40,833 nt of DNA from Mesotaenium endlicherianum (GCA_009602735.1 WELA01003352.1:393081-433913), one strand, 5' to 3'; positions 22,580 to 35,100 are shown, numbered from the stretch's first letter. Numbers and translations are program-made. The notes: generated by a model from the sequence alone, not told the origin.

Positions 22580-24846
22580 CTACCATCGCGTGTCGCGGAA
22601 TAGCTGTCCGACCTGAAGATTTGTCATGTTGCGGCAGACCAGTCCTGCTTGCGCGTACTCTGCAAAGGTGTGGAAGCGCCTCCCTGAGTAGCCAGTGCAA
22701 TAGCACCTCAGCGAGACAGCTGTTGTGGGCTTAAGGTCAAATTTGCAGGGCATGGACTTCAAGATCTCGCACCTCTCAATGCTGAGCTCGCGAAGGCAGC
22801 GGATGCGGTCGATGTCCCAGAAGTACCCATCGCCATCCACGCTGAGATGCGTGAGCCTTGTGAGATACCCACGCCCGAGCGAGACGGACTTTTCTTCAAG
22901 CCAGAGGGTCAGGGAGCGGGGGGCGGACTTCTTCTCAAGCGTGAGGGTCAGAGAGCGGAGGGCAGGTGTGAACTCAAACAGGTTGTGCTGAAGGTGTACA
23001 CCTGGCTTTGCCACGCGCAGATTCAGATCCTCCAAGGCGGGCATGGGCTTGCTCAGTAGCAAGAGCTTGTTGCTGAATTTGATATCCAGCTTCTGCAGGC
23101 GGGGGCTAAAGATTAGGCACGCCAAACTGTCTACGTCCACATCGATGTCTTCTTTGAACGGATAGCTGTGAAGCAGCAGGTCCTCCAAGAGGGGCAGGGG
23201 CGCCAACAGCTGCGGCAACCTGCGGCAAGTGAGGTGGAGCTTTCGCAAGACGGGGCTAGCCATCAGACATGCTAGAGTGTTCACACTACTTCCATCTTCA
23301 TCGTTCTGCTTCCCGGTGATGCGGAGCTCCACATCCTCCAGGAGGGGTGTCGGCCGCCTCAAACGTGGGAGCCTGTATAAATGGAGATGGAGCTTCTTCA
23401 GGAGCGGGCTAGAAATCAGGCATGCCAGGCTGGTGTCCATGTCCACATCCCAATTCTCTGGATTGACGCAAAGCAGCAGGTCCTCCAGGAGGGGCATGGG
23501 CTGCCTCAAGTGTGGGAGCGCGTCGCAGTCGAGGTGGAGCTTTCTCAGGTGGGGGCTGAATACTTCCCTTGCCAAGCTCTGCATGTCTATACCTGGAATC
23601 CATGATGACACATACCCCAGCATTAGCCAGGTCATTAGCCAGGTCTGTTGGCCCTTGGGCAGGACCAGCAAGTTTGTCAGTGGCTGAAGAGCCAGGCCTC
23701 CACAGACGGCCAAAGAAGGAGCTTCTGCATGGTGTGCATAGAAAGCCAAAAGACTAGCAGAGGGGGGCAGTAGGTGGTCTCACCCTTGTACGTCAAGTTG
23801 AGGCTGGTTAAGAATTGCAGATCGGCCAGCCAACTTGGTAGATGAAAAATCCGCCTCCGTTTGGGACTCACAAGGTGGAAGGAGGCCAGTTTAGGGAGCT
23901 GTAGGAGCGTCTTGCTGACTGGGACATCGAGGGACTGGGCACCTCCAGCCACGTTGTCGGGGAAGTGGAGCTGACTGTAATCCAGCGTGAGCATCTTGAG
24001 GTGTCTGAGACTCCTGAAATCCAAACCTGCCAGTGCAGCGAGGTACTCCCGCTAAGCGTCGCCAACGGGGGCATCAATAACACATTCATGCGGCAGCTCA
24101 TCACTGAACTTGAGAGTTAGCTCCTGAAGGCTCGTCCAATGAGACAGGAAGTGTTTAAGGTCTGGCAGGAGCTCCCACCTGCAACGGAGCTCCAGATTGA
24201 TTGACATTAGGGAGGGGAATCCCTCAGCCAACGCCCTCGGGAACGTTTTGATAAAGACTCTAGTCCACTGCAGCCATCTGGGGCAGGAGTAGACTTTCAA
24301 GCGCACGTGTGTCACTCTTGGGTACCTCCTGAGAGTGGCAAGGGCAGGGCCAACTCGTGCCTTCGAGTTGGCAAGAAACACCGGCTGGTAGGCGCAGAAA
24401 ATCACCCGGTTCCACTGCTGGCACACTCTCCTGTACGTGTGGGCATTCTGGGCGTGCGCAATGGCCGCTTTCGAGATGTGCTCTAGAGCATTGTCTGGAA
24501 GATCTGCGAGTCCCGTAGCCTGGCACATGCTCAGGCTGCCACGGGCAACAGCCAGGGTGGCTGCAGCCCCTGGCTGTGCAGTGCCACAAGTTCCCCTTTT
24601 CCATCTCATGCGTCTAACCAACTTCATCTTCAGCACCTTGCAACATGGCCACCTGGAAGCCTCTAAGACGTAGTAAAGAACTACCATACCACTAAATAAT
24701 ATTCTGAGCTTGATGTCTTCAAGAGTCAGGATGACAACCAAGGACAGAGAGAGCAACAGGCAGGTGGTGAACAAGGACAAGATGCTAAATCCTCCAACTA
24801 GAGGCGACTTTACAACACCTCTTTTAGCGTCCAGTGTTAAAGACAT
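22580..24846 (-). pseudogene. F-box/LRR-repeat gene (exon 24846-23784, intron 23783-23593, exon 23592-22580) interrupted by one in-frame TAG at 24052-24054
   Basis: F-box-like LADLPDNALEHI...YRRVCQQWNRV and LRR-type LQELTL, LKMLTL, LTSLNL. Four ~46-aa repeats SLAxxxxSPxLxKLHL...PxPLLEDL. A GTGAGA donor, two CTAAT branch-like motifs and a TTCCAG acceptor join in phase. The frame continues across GAC GCT TAG CGG GAG TAC. Start codon and 3' end are uncertain. Confidence 0.72.
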
Positions 24847-26413
24847 CGCCAATGACTTTCACTTTGTCACACACTTTAACACACTGTGAGGAACTACATC
24901 TTAAATACAGACTGCAGCCTTCCTATTCTGGCCTAAAATCTCAGAATGACACACTATACACCTTGCTTGATTAGGGTAAAAGAATACCAAGCAGGGCCTT
25001 ACTCAGCTGCTCTTGCTACCTTCTAGTAGTCATTGCCAGCTCTACTTGCATGGCAGCCACATTGAAATATTTGCATAGATGATATCAAAGACCTTCGTCA
25101 AGCATCAAAATAAGTGAAGGGCAATGGCTGGAAGGAAGCATGTTGAGGCATTGGAGATGGCTAAGCTACAAAGAGATACTGACAAAAGAAGTTACATTTG
25201 GTAGGTGCTAGAGTACATCTAAAGTTAGCTAATGCCGGCTTGCTTTGCACTCAGGACTTAGGCCGGTAAGTTACCGTCTTGACTCCTGTCCAATGTTAAA
25301 ATTTCCGGTGCTTGATGCCTATTCAAAATTTCTTCGTGACTTTATCTGAACACAAACACCGGTGTTGTGGCTCGAGTTTCGTTTGCCCTGTGGTGTAGTG
25401 CATGTGAGGCTTATATGATACTGCATGTGCGACTAAGAAAAAGCCGTCGGAGCTAGATCTTCAACGTGAAGTTACACTTTGACTTCAATCAATGGATCAA
25501 CTAGCCTAGAAGAAAGCACGAAAGTGTCTATGATCTGATAAGAGATCACTACAGCTGGCAGGTTGAAGTTGAGTTTTATGAGAATCTGTATGTATACTTC
25601 TTGTATATATTTTTTAAATGCTCTGCATGCTGGTTAATTACACTTCTGCAACGATGATGGCTAGTATGTAGCAAAGATTGACAGCACATGTGGACGCCCA
25701 TGCATGTGTATGTAGACCATAAAGGAATAAACACCACTGCACAAGTTGACTCATAATCAGGACTTTACAGATGTTGATGGGTCGCCAAACTTATTACCAG
25801 CCTCTTGAAGGATGCATGCTCAGAGGGTGTCAAAGTCTTACAAATGAAGAGCTTGGCGCATTCTTGTGACTTGGATCGGCTTAACCGGCTGCAATAAAGT
25901 GCACTGTAGAGGGCGAGTGTCCGTGGCCAGGCAGGGTCTGGCCTTCAATCAAAAGTTATAGGTAATTTATGCTCAACTAATTATGCATGTTTGAGCTAGG
26001 CGTGCAAGGTTCGCTGGCTGGTCTGTATAATTTCTGACTATGGTATATGCATCCAAACTGATTATTAGTTTCTTGGTGCATGCCAAGCACCATGTTACGC
26101 CAATTATTCAAATCAAAACAAGGAAGTTTGGTGACCGCTAACACATGTTGAAAGAAGTGCATATTTTCGTTTCACCTCCCTGTACAGTGCGAGCCAGCTG
26201 ATTATGCGCTCTTCCTCGGCCTGTGCCAAACATAACTATTGCGCATAATTTGCAGCTGAATTGCCAGCCCCATTGCCGGCTTGATTCCGCAACTAAAAAG
26301 CAATCATACACTTGTCTGGCTTCTATCTAGTAGCTTGAGAGTCGAGACATTGTGATCTGTGACTACATGTACAACCCACATTATTTTGATCTAAATTTAA
26401 AGTTTGATCAGCC

Positions 26414-29400
26414 CTACCTCTTTGCGCCTAAGCTCGACAACAGCGGCGGTAAAGAGGGCAGCCTGTAGAATGCAACCGTTCGAGAGTGGCGCTCCGTGGA
26501 CCAGCACTCGTCCGTTCGACAGATCTGCCATTGGCTGATGTCAAGCTCCACGCGCTGCCACCTCGCCCTGATAGAAGGCACCCCCTGCCCGCCACCTCGC
26601 TCCCGTTGTCTTTTTCTCTTGCTGCTGGATAACCCTTCCCCGCTGCTGCTGACTGCTGCATCCTTCTCTCTGCCGTCACCACTATTGCTCCTGCTTCTCA
26701 CTTGCCTTACCACAGGTGGCAACTGCGGCGGTGGCGCCGGCGATCGGCCTCCCCCACCGCCAAGCCCTTCCTCTAGGCACCTGTTCTCACCTGACAGGCT
26801 CCAGGCTCCTTCCGACTGGTTTCCCTCCGCACGCTCCTCTAGAGAATCTGCCGCAGAAGCAGAAGATTGTAAGGCAGGCCCCCGTCCAAGGGCGTCTCCT
26901 GGCAGAGGTTCAGAGCCGGGGCCAGGGCCGGGGCCGGAGCCGGGGCCAAACTCGCAAACCACTTTGGCACCACATCTGGACCCGGCTCGAGCTGCGGTTC
27001 CGGCTTTGGCTTCAACTCTGGCTCCATTTCTGACTCCAACTTCAGTTTCAGTTTCCATCAGGCTCTCGGACTTTGAGGTTGGCTTGGATTGCGATGCGTA
27101 TGGAAGCATGGGGGCCCCATCGGATGATGATGACGTCTTCTCCTCTTCGGCCGTACCTGGCCCAGACGTACTGGTGCCTTCCTGCTCGCTGCTTTCTGTT
27201 TCAGAAGAGGAGTGGGCCCTCACCAAGCTGCCACCTGGCGCAGCCAGCTCGAGGCCAGCAAATCGCCACGTGCGCGAGGGGTGCCCGCAGATGCCGCCTT
27301 CCTGCACCAAAGTGACGCACCCGCCTTAGAGGAGCAGCCAACGCTTGAACCAACCCGGGGCCTCGAACGTCAGCGTTATTTTGTATCGACAAGGCAGGCA
27401 GGGACGCCATGCATGGCCGACTGCTCAGCACCGCTGGTGTAGGATTTACAAGGTGTAAAGTTGGGGGTGTTTGAGGTCGAATGCACACGACTTGGTCTTC
27501 GGGGTCCGAAGAGACGGGGGGGGAGGTGAAAGTTGTAGCAGCGTGGGCGCACCGTTTCCCCGATGAGAATGTACTCGCGCACGGACTGCGTGGCGCGCGC
27601 GCACTCGCTCCAGTCCACCCCCATCGGCTGCGCCCGCACAACATGGCATCGGGGGGCACAGACGCGAGGCATACTGTCATGAGCACAGCGAGCGAAATGG
27701 CTGCGCCAGCACGACAACGAGCCGGCACGCAAAATACGCGACACATTGTCAAGACTGTAGAGGAGGTGACGGCGTTGCTCGCGGCACGCGGGGGCAGCTA
27801 AAATCACCATCAAGAAGAAGGGACAAGAGGAGAAGAGGAGAACCAAATTGAACAACAGCATCATGAATACGACAGAGCTGGGCAGCTCAGCGACTGAGCA
27901 GAGACTGAGCAGAGACTGGGCAAAGACTGGTCACCGACGTTGCCGCGTCGAGGACACGTGGCACGCAGGCTACCCTGAAGCGCATCCGAGGCCTTGACTC
28001 TAAAACTCGGGGCCTGCAGCTTGTGCAAGCACAGGCCCCCGTCCACGTGTTCACACTAGGCCCCCAACCCTAGAAAACTCAGACATTCCGCGATCTGGAC
28101 GAGTATGATGGGCTGAGTGTCCTCAGGTACTTTCGGGGAGGACCGTGGGTGCAGGGAGTAGAAGGAAGGAAGACAAGGAAGGGCCCAACCATCCAGGAGC
28201 AGACGACGACATGTGGCATCTCCTCCCGGATCGCGTCCTCCGCATCCACCTGGCGCACCAGCGAGGCGTGACAGGGGGAGGCGCCAGCTGTCAGCCCCCG
28301 CTGCCCGTTGTCCGTCGCCGTCACTACAATGCGCCCTGCACCCTGCCACGTGTGTCGCCACCATTGCCAACGGCCACGTGTCAGCCGCCTGCCTCGCACA
28401 CGAGCGCCAACGAGCACGAGCACAAGCACGAGCTCCCCGTCACGGCTGCTAGGCGTGAAACGAGTAAAATTGCAGAAAGTCTCACAAAATTAGAGTACGT
28501 GGGATATGTATGATCGATTTTAGTGCATAATCTATTGCATATGTAATCTATAATAATGTAGAAGGGATGTCTCACGCTTAAAATCTGCATGTTGCAAACG
28601 GCGACGCCCACAGCAGCAGCCCCACAGCAGGAGATGCTGATGATGATTGACTCCTTGACGCAGTACACCCCTTATGTCAGATATTTGAGACAATAAGCCC
28701 CGCAGGCTGCCAGGTAGGTAGCTCAGAGGGCTCAGCTCAAAGCAGAGCAGCACCCCATCACTTTTATTCTCAACGGCATCCACACCCGGCCACACCCCCA
28801 AGTTCACGACGCAATAAAAGTTGCCGTACATAAAAAGCTGCCCCCTCCCTTCCCTCCCTCACTCCCTTCCTCCCTCTCTCGGTCCCTCCCAGGCCCTTTC
28901 CCTCCTCCCTCCGTGCCTCCACCAATCCACGCCATCTTTGGCTGACTAATCCGAGGCACCTATGATTCCTCCTTCTTGAATCACGAGCAAGCCCAGGCGC
29001 AGGAGCACGAGCACGAGCACGAGCAGGAGCGCCCGTGGAACCTGATGCATCTGCACCTACGGCTGCAACCGCAGCCACCGCACCTACTCACAGGCCTGAT
29101 AAGAGAACACCAATTACCACGCAGCGGGCAGCTGCAGATACGGCTGCCGATGTAGCCCTCTCACACAGACTGGCTGGCCCCCTGCCAGCTCATCAGCCAG
29201 CAGAGGATGGCCCTGGCACTCTGCCACTGGCGCTGGCACCGCACGGATTTGGAATTGCGACAAGAAAAGAAGGCCAAGCTGCTGCAAGGCCAGGAGGAGT
29301 GCAGACGAGAGTGGCTCCAGACGCAGATCCTCAGGGGGGACCCTCCGTGCTTCAGGTTCAGGATTTGAAATTTAATTACTGAAAAAAGGAAGACGACGGG

Positions 29401-32400
29401 AATATGCTGGCAGTTGAAACTTTAGGGAAAAGGATGGGCGGGGCGGAGAGGGAGGGGGAAGGGGAAGGGGGAAAGTGCGTGGGAGAATTTGCTGGGAAGG
29501 AGGGGGCAGGTGGATGGGTAGGGGGGGGGGGAGGTAGGGAATGGAGGCGTGAGCCGCAGCAGCACAAGCTTTGCACTTTCACTGCTGCATGTCTGCAGGG
29601 GCTGCTGCTGATTCACTAACCTCTGCAGCAGAAGGAGCCCCGCCAGGGGCAGCTGCAGCAACAGCAGCAGCCGCCAGGTGGCGCTTCAAGTGGTAGCAGA
29701 GCCGGCCATCTCCTGCTCCCACCTGGCAAGCACCAGCTCCCGCCCACCATGCCAGCTCAGCATGTCCTGCCAGCTCAACAGAGGAAGGTGCTGTAGCTGG
29801 CCCTCCAAAACCCTAAAAATTCTCAAGAGTGCCAACGGCTACTTCAGGCTACCGCTTTGGGCTTCAGGTTTCGAGTATAGGGCTTCTGTGTGGAAGCTTC
29901 CGGGCGAGTGACTGCGGAGCCTAGCGACGGCAGGTGGAAGATTCGAGAGGGAGCATGCAGCTCACCCACACGCACACACACACGCTGCTGCGGCAGAGAA
30001 GCCGTCTTCAGAAAGCATCCGCCGCGTTCAGAAGCATCCCCTCCCTCAAGGCTTAGAAAGCAACCCCTTAGAAAAGCATCCCCTTAACAAAGCATCCCGC
30101 TGGCAATTTGGGTTCCGGCCTCCAGGGGTTGGAGATCGCCAAGGTATTGGAATTGGATAGCGGGGGCATGCGTGCATGCGCGCAGGCGCACCTCAAGCAC
30201 GCGCAGCTCCGGAAGTGCGTACGCCCGCGCCCGCGAGCTGCACATCAGCACAGCAGCACGCTGAGGGCTCAGTTCTACCACACACGCGCGCGCTTCCCAA
30301 TCTCAGCTGATGCGCCCACCTCCCCCTCCCCCCCCNNNNNNNNNNNNNNNNNNNNNNNNNNNNNNNNNNNNNNNNNNNNNNNNNNNNNNNNNNNNNNNNN
30401 NNNNNNNNNNNNCCCCCCGGCCCGATCCCCCCGCCCAGCGGGATCCATGGGCGGTGCGCACCGACCTCAGCGAGCATTGAACCCAACCTCTTAGTGCCCC
30501 AGACACATTGTGCGGCCCAGAAGCGGGCGGCACACGCCTGGAGCTCCCTGCAGGCAGCGCACTGCCCTGTAAAACTCTGGGGCCCTCTGGCGTGAGCCCT
30601 CAAAACCCCAAACCTAGCCCTCCAACCCTGCAACTCGACCCCCTGGGCTGCCACGTGAGCCCCATGTGGCTCCCTGCTGACTGATTAAGCGGCCGGCTGC
30701 CAACCAGGCGTGTGCCTCTGCCAGGCCGGGTCAACGTGCTGCCAGTCTTACTGGAGCCTCCGGCAGGAGTAGACCCCGTTCACACCTGCTCAGACCTTCC
30801 ACGAGGAGCGTGCAGCAGAAGCAGGCCCAAGTTCACACCTGATGTGACCTCCCATGACGAGCTTCTAGCAGAAGCGGACCCGCTCAGACCCTGTTCACAC
30901 CCGCTCCGGTCTCCCAGGACAAGCCTCCAGCAGAAGTGTACCCCATTCACACCTGCTCTGCCTTTCCCATGACGAGCTTCCAGCAGAAGCAGACCCCGTT
31001 CACTCGTGGATCTCCCCACTTTAGAGGAGACGTTGCACCACCTTTAGATTCAAGGCAGCTGGCGCAAACATCCTATCTGCTACCCACCTTTGAAACCTAG
31101 TCCCCGACCCCAAACCCAACCAAGGGGCCTAAAACCAAACCCCTAATGCAAAACCCTAAAGAAGACCCAATGCTGGAGGCCCCCCCCAGAAGAGCCCCAC
31201 GCGGGGTAACATCTGGATGGAGTGCCCTCCAGCTGGCATGGTAGGCGATTGCACGAGACCGACTCGTGCCGAGAGGTGCGAATTGAGAGTCAAAGAGCTA
31301 CGCATGGGCTGTGGGGAAGGAGACGGCAGCCATAACACCCGCAGCTGTCGACAAATGACAACCATCCCAAGCCAAGCCCAGCCCAGCATTTGTCTGGAAG
31401 CTTCACATACTTTCACATCCTACGACCCGTCTCCCCATGCTATGTTTGCGCTTCTGTCCTTACTGCCCGACATCTACATTCTAACCCTAATTTCAAAGCA
31501 GGACCTTGCACCTCTAACCCAAGCCCTAATGCACGTCCTGGCGCCCCCCGCCCTCCCCGGTCACCCCCCACCTGTCACCTCCACTACCCATCACCATCTT
31601 CCCGCCCCTTACCCCCTCTTCCCTCTGCTCCTCTTTGGCTCTTTGCATATACCAGGGCTCGCAAGATTCACCTCTACATGTTGAAGCTTGCAAGCAGCAT
31701 GCGCACATCTGCAGGGTACTTGAAGGAAAAAAAAGTTTGCGCAATGTAGAGGGACATCTACAAGAACCCTACAAGAACCCTCAGGTTGGGCTGTAAGCTT
31801 TTCAGGTGAGGAGCTTAAGCCGTGCCTGAGGGGGTGGGGCTCACAGCAGGTAGCTTGCTAGCCCCGACACATGCTCGCGGGTGAACACCTCGTACTGTGG
31901 ATGTTTGCCATGTGGCGCATGCCCGGCCACGAAACCCTTCCAACGGACACATCTGGAGCAGGAGCAAGCAAGAGCCTCCAACATAATCTGCCACATTCCA
32001 CAAGGAACAGTCAACATTACGCGAGATAGTGTCAGCGTTTTACAGCTCTGAGAGGCTCCAGAAAGCACTCAACCCACACATAGGAGCGGGTCGAATGCCA
32101 AGGAGAACGGAACTGAGAGGAGGCTGACGTGAAGGAAGTAATCATGTTCTTGCCATCCATGCACGTTAGAGGGTTTGCATTGACTGAAAAGAAAAAGAAG
32201 AAGGATGTGAAGCTTCAGAACTCCTTCAGGGATGTGTATGAGGTCAACGTCCAACAGGCTCAGCGCTCCTAACAAGAAAAATAGGGCGGGCCTTGTTACA
32301 TGGGAGCCTCGACTTGCCTCTGGGTTACAGCTGCTGCATCCGTACAGACCGTACTTCGACACCAGTTCATCAAAGCAAGGCAAATCGTCATCTGAGACTG

Positions 32401-32446
32401 CTATTTCCCCGGTTCTTTCAAAGACGGGTGACGTGTCCTTTGACAT
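26414..32446 (-). CDS. Uncharacterised class I SAM-dependent methyltransferase-like protein, ~511 aa. Exons 32446-32318, 32112-32078 (both tentative), 31952-31845, 30237-30192, 29722-29621, 28342-28190, 27627-27553, 27301-26414
   Basis: All junctions are phase-compatible (1536 nt total). The last six exons have CAG acceptors and the introns between them have GT donors. The spliced product reads YEVFTREHVSGLASYL|LSRARAYALPELRVLE|VGAGDGRL (SAM motif I) ... IVVTATD (acidic motif after beta-2) ... VRQVDAEDAI..PHVVVCSWM|PMGVDW..SVREYILIGET|EGGICG..TW ... WQICRTD..HSRTVAFYR, a seven-strand MTase-like order. Confidence 0.8.
30010..30098 (+). repeat. Five short degenerate repeats (AAGCATCCC-like) in a methyltransferase-like gene intron
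   Basis: agaaagcatcc, agaagcatccc, agaaagcaaccc, agaaaagcatccc, acaaagcatccc. Confidence 0.7.
30336..30412. other. Assembly gap (second gap at 40095-40131)
   Basis: N runs flanked by poly-C or poly-G. Confidence 0.99.
30753..31005 (+). repeat. Degenerate ~50-60-bp intronic minisatellite, about 5 units; homologous array at 5268-5472
   Basis: Recurrent GAGCYTCCAGCAGAAGCAGACCCCGTTCACACCTG core. Confidence 0.8.
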
Positions 32447-33233
32447 TGAAAATTAACTCGACAAACAGGCATGGATTTATTTTCGTGCTAAAGAAAAGCG
32501 ACGTCTCTTCTGTCTTTCCTGTATACTTTGTAAGACTCTTGCTTGCTCTTGCTCGTGCTCGTCGTTTCAAACATGCTCCGGAGTGTAAAGGCTACAAGTG
32601 CTCCCTAGGGCCCGCCTTGCGACAGCCAGCCATATTAAAGTGGCCAAACCAATCAGAAGTGCAACAATTAAAGTGCAAGTATAGAAGTGGAATATAGCTA
32701 ACTGAAAGGAGACTTGCAACTAATCGGGCATGCATTGGGAGATCGACCCATGCAGGTAGCTACAAAGAGAGACTGAAAAAGAAGTAAACCGTCAGCTCAT
32801 CTCTTATTCCGTAGACCGACACGGACACATTTGCACGACTTACACGGACGAGTTTCTTTGGAGCAATAACCACTTTTTAGTTGTTTTTAGCACTTATTAA
32901 CATTTCAAAGCATTTGTGAGCATATTTCAACTCACATACACGGATACCAGGCTGGAACAGGCCAGGAGGCTGGTGTTATGTACACGTATCGTGACTATCT
33001 GACATGTGTGAAGTTTCTACACGCATGAAGGATAGTATTATGTAACATTACTATATAAGAATATATATTTTTTGAACTACCATCAGAGTACCATGCGCCA
33101 AATTATTATTGAGCATAACCCGCCACTGTCTATTTGGGAGTAGAGTAACTTATTGTCAACCTTACACCATTCTTAAGAGGTGAATATGAATTGAAGGTTT
33201 GCGACTTGAAATGTCGCAAACCAAAGTTTGACA

Positions 33234-33619
33234 AGTGTTCAAATTTGATCGATTTCTCACGTGTTGTGTCTCATCGACAAACGAAACCCTCATAAGGCTT
33301 CTCGTTGCATAGAAGCCTCATTGCAGCAGGAAGGTAGTTGCTACACATACCCACCCACCCACCCCTCTAACCCTCCACTCCACTGGGAGAGGCACGAGGC
33401 GGGCAACGAAGTTGGTGCCAGCAATAGTGTTCAAATTTGATCGATTTCACACGTGTTGTGTCTCATAGACAAACAAAACCTTCATAAGGCTTCTCGTTGC
33501 ACATAAGCCTCATTGCAGCAGGAAGGTAGCTGCTACACATACCCACCCACCCACCCCTCTAACCCTCCACTCCACTAGAGAGGCACGAGGCAGGCAACAA
33601 AGTTGGTGCCAGCAATAGT
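33234..33619 (+). repeat. 192-bp tandem duplication (copies start at 33234 and 33426)
   Basis: Two near-identical copies from agtgttcaaatttgatcgattt to gttggtgccagcaat, with AGT shared at the junctions. Confidence 0.93.
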
Positions 33620-35100
33620 CTTTGCCATGCACGATAGGGTGGTTGTTGTTGTTAGTGTTACAATATGTTTGTCGATTAGTAGTAACCAATGGCGGCGATT
33701 CGACGGACAACCTCAACACAACAACAATGCAACTGCCAATCCTTAGTGTTGGTTAGGAGCTGGAAAATAGTTGATTTGACCTCTTTGGATTATTATTAAT
33801 TAGTCAAGTACAGATCAGCGTAGCAGCATGTAGGAAAGCACTAGACAAGAACAAATGACGCGCAATTGTAGCATACTGCATACTACTACTCCTAGTATTC
33901 TTTCTAAAATCACCTTCTTTCTTTCGAAATCAGGCAATTTGAACACAAATTGTCAAATGGACTATTGTTGAAATCCTCAAATCGCGTGAATTGATCTCTT
34001 TTTATCACAATGTAGGCTGCCAGCCTTTAGTTAAGCACATCTTATGCATACTTGATTTAGGCATCAGGTCATGCTCACCCGATTACATCCAAAGTGGTAG
34101 TTGTTAGTCTTCTTTTTTTTGCTAACTGGGTGGTTGCCAGCATCACATACAGCACAGCCTGTGCAGCGTACACATACGTTTGTGTAGCTGCTGTTGAACT
34201 GGTCAATATTATGATTCAGCGCTAATATTGGCGAAATGAATTTGATTACCACCCATAATCTTGCTAACTTAATCGATACTTTTCCTTTCTCACAAGTAGA
34301 ATTTGCCTATATGTGCTTATGCTTCCAGACTCACACTGGCCTAGGTAACATATATAGAAAGTAAAGTCAAGTTCCCCTCTGAAGATATTGTGGTCTACAC
34401 ACACCTCAACTCTCTCGAAGACGAACAAAGAGGGCTAGCTTTGTACTTACATTTGTTTAGGTGTATTCACAAATTAGCATGATCATTACTTCCTTCTTTT
34501 TGCACATCCTTTTCACTATATATGTGTTTCTACAAACAGCAACAGTGTGCGACAACCAGGCTCCACGCCATTCACAAAAAACGATCTGACCTTGAAATGA
34601 GGCTACTATCCTAATACTGCCATCTGTCACACCCCAAAAAATACAGGACGCTGGTACTTACTTGGCAGAACCATATATCAATCATGATGGGCATTGCCTG
34701 TGGCCACATGTGACTTCATGTCATGAAATAAAGGACAGCATGATTGTTTCACACGCATCTTAGTCATGTCAAGAACAAGTACGAGCCCAAGACTGCTAGG
34801 ATTGAGTGGCAGCTAGAGTAACAGCAACTCACATCATACCCAAAAGACCGCTCTTAGTGCGGTCAATCCCTTGCTGGTTACAGAGGCATCTATCCCATGA
34901 GCGCAATCTCCTTGCATTCACCCTTTACCAGGACTTTAGATCTAGCCGACCTCTTTGTGCGTGTCAATCTGCATACTTGCAGTACATACTCTCGCTGACT
35001 AAACAGGCCATCCAGGGCCATACACACCGCAGGACAACCACGCTGGATTGTCTGCAGCCAAGCAGGCAAGAAGAAAAAGGAATATGGGGGCATGATCACA

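Noticed and set aside
28770..29382. GC-rich ORFs (102 aa minus, 115 aa plus) inside a methyltransferase-like gene intron
   Set aside because: The flanking exons join in phase without them and no motif is recognisable. An alternative exon cannot be fully excluded.
29808..31490. Scattered AAACCCTA telomere-like motifs
   Set aside because: Isolated single units in introns, not an interstitial telomeric array.
32494..32507. 14-nt match (aaaagcgacgtctc) to the sequence next to the retroelement polypurine tract
   Set aside because: Too short with no extension; compatible with chance.
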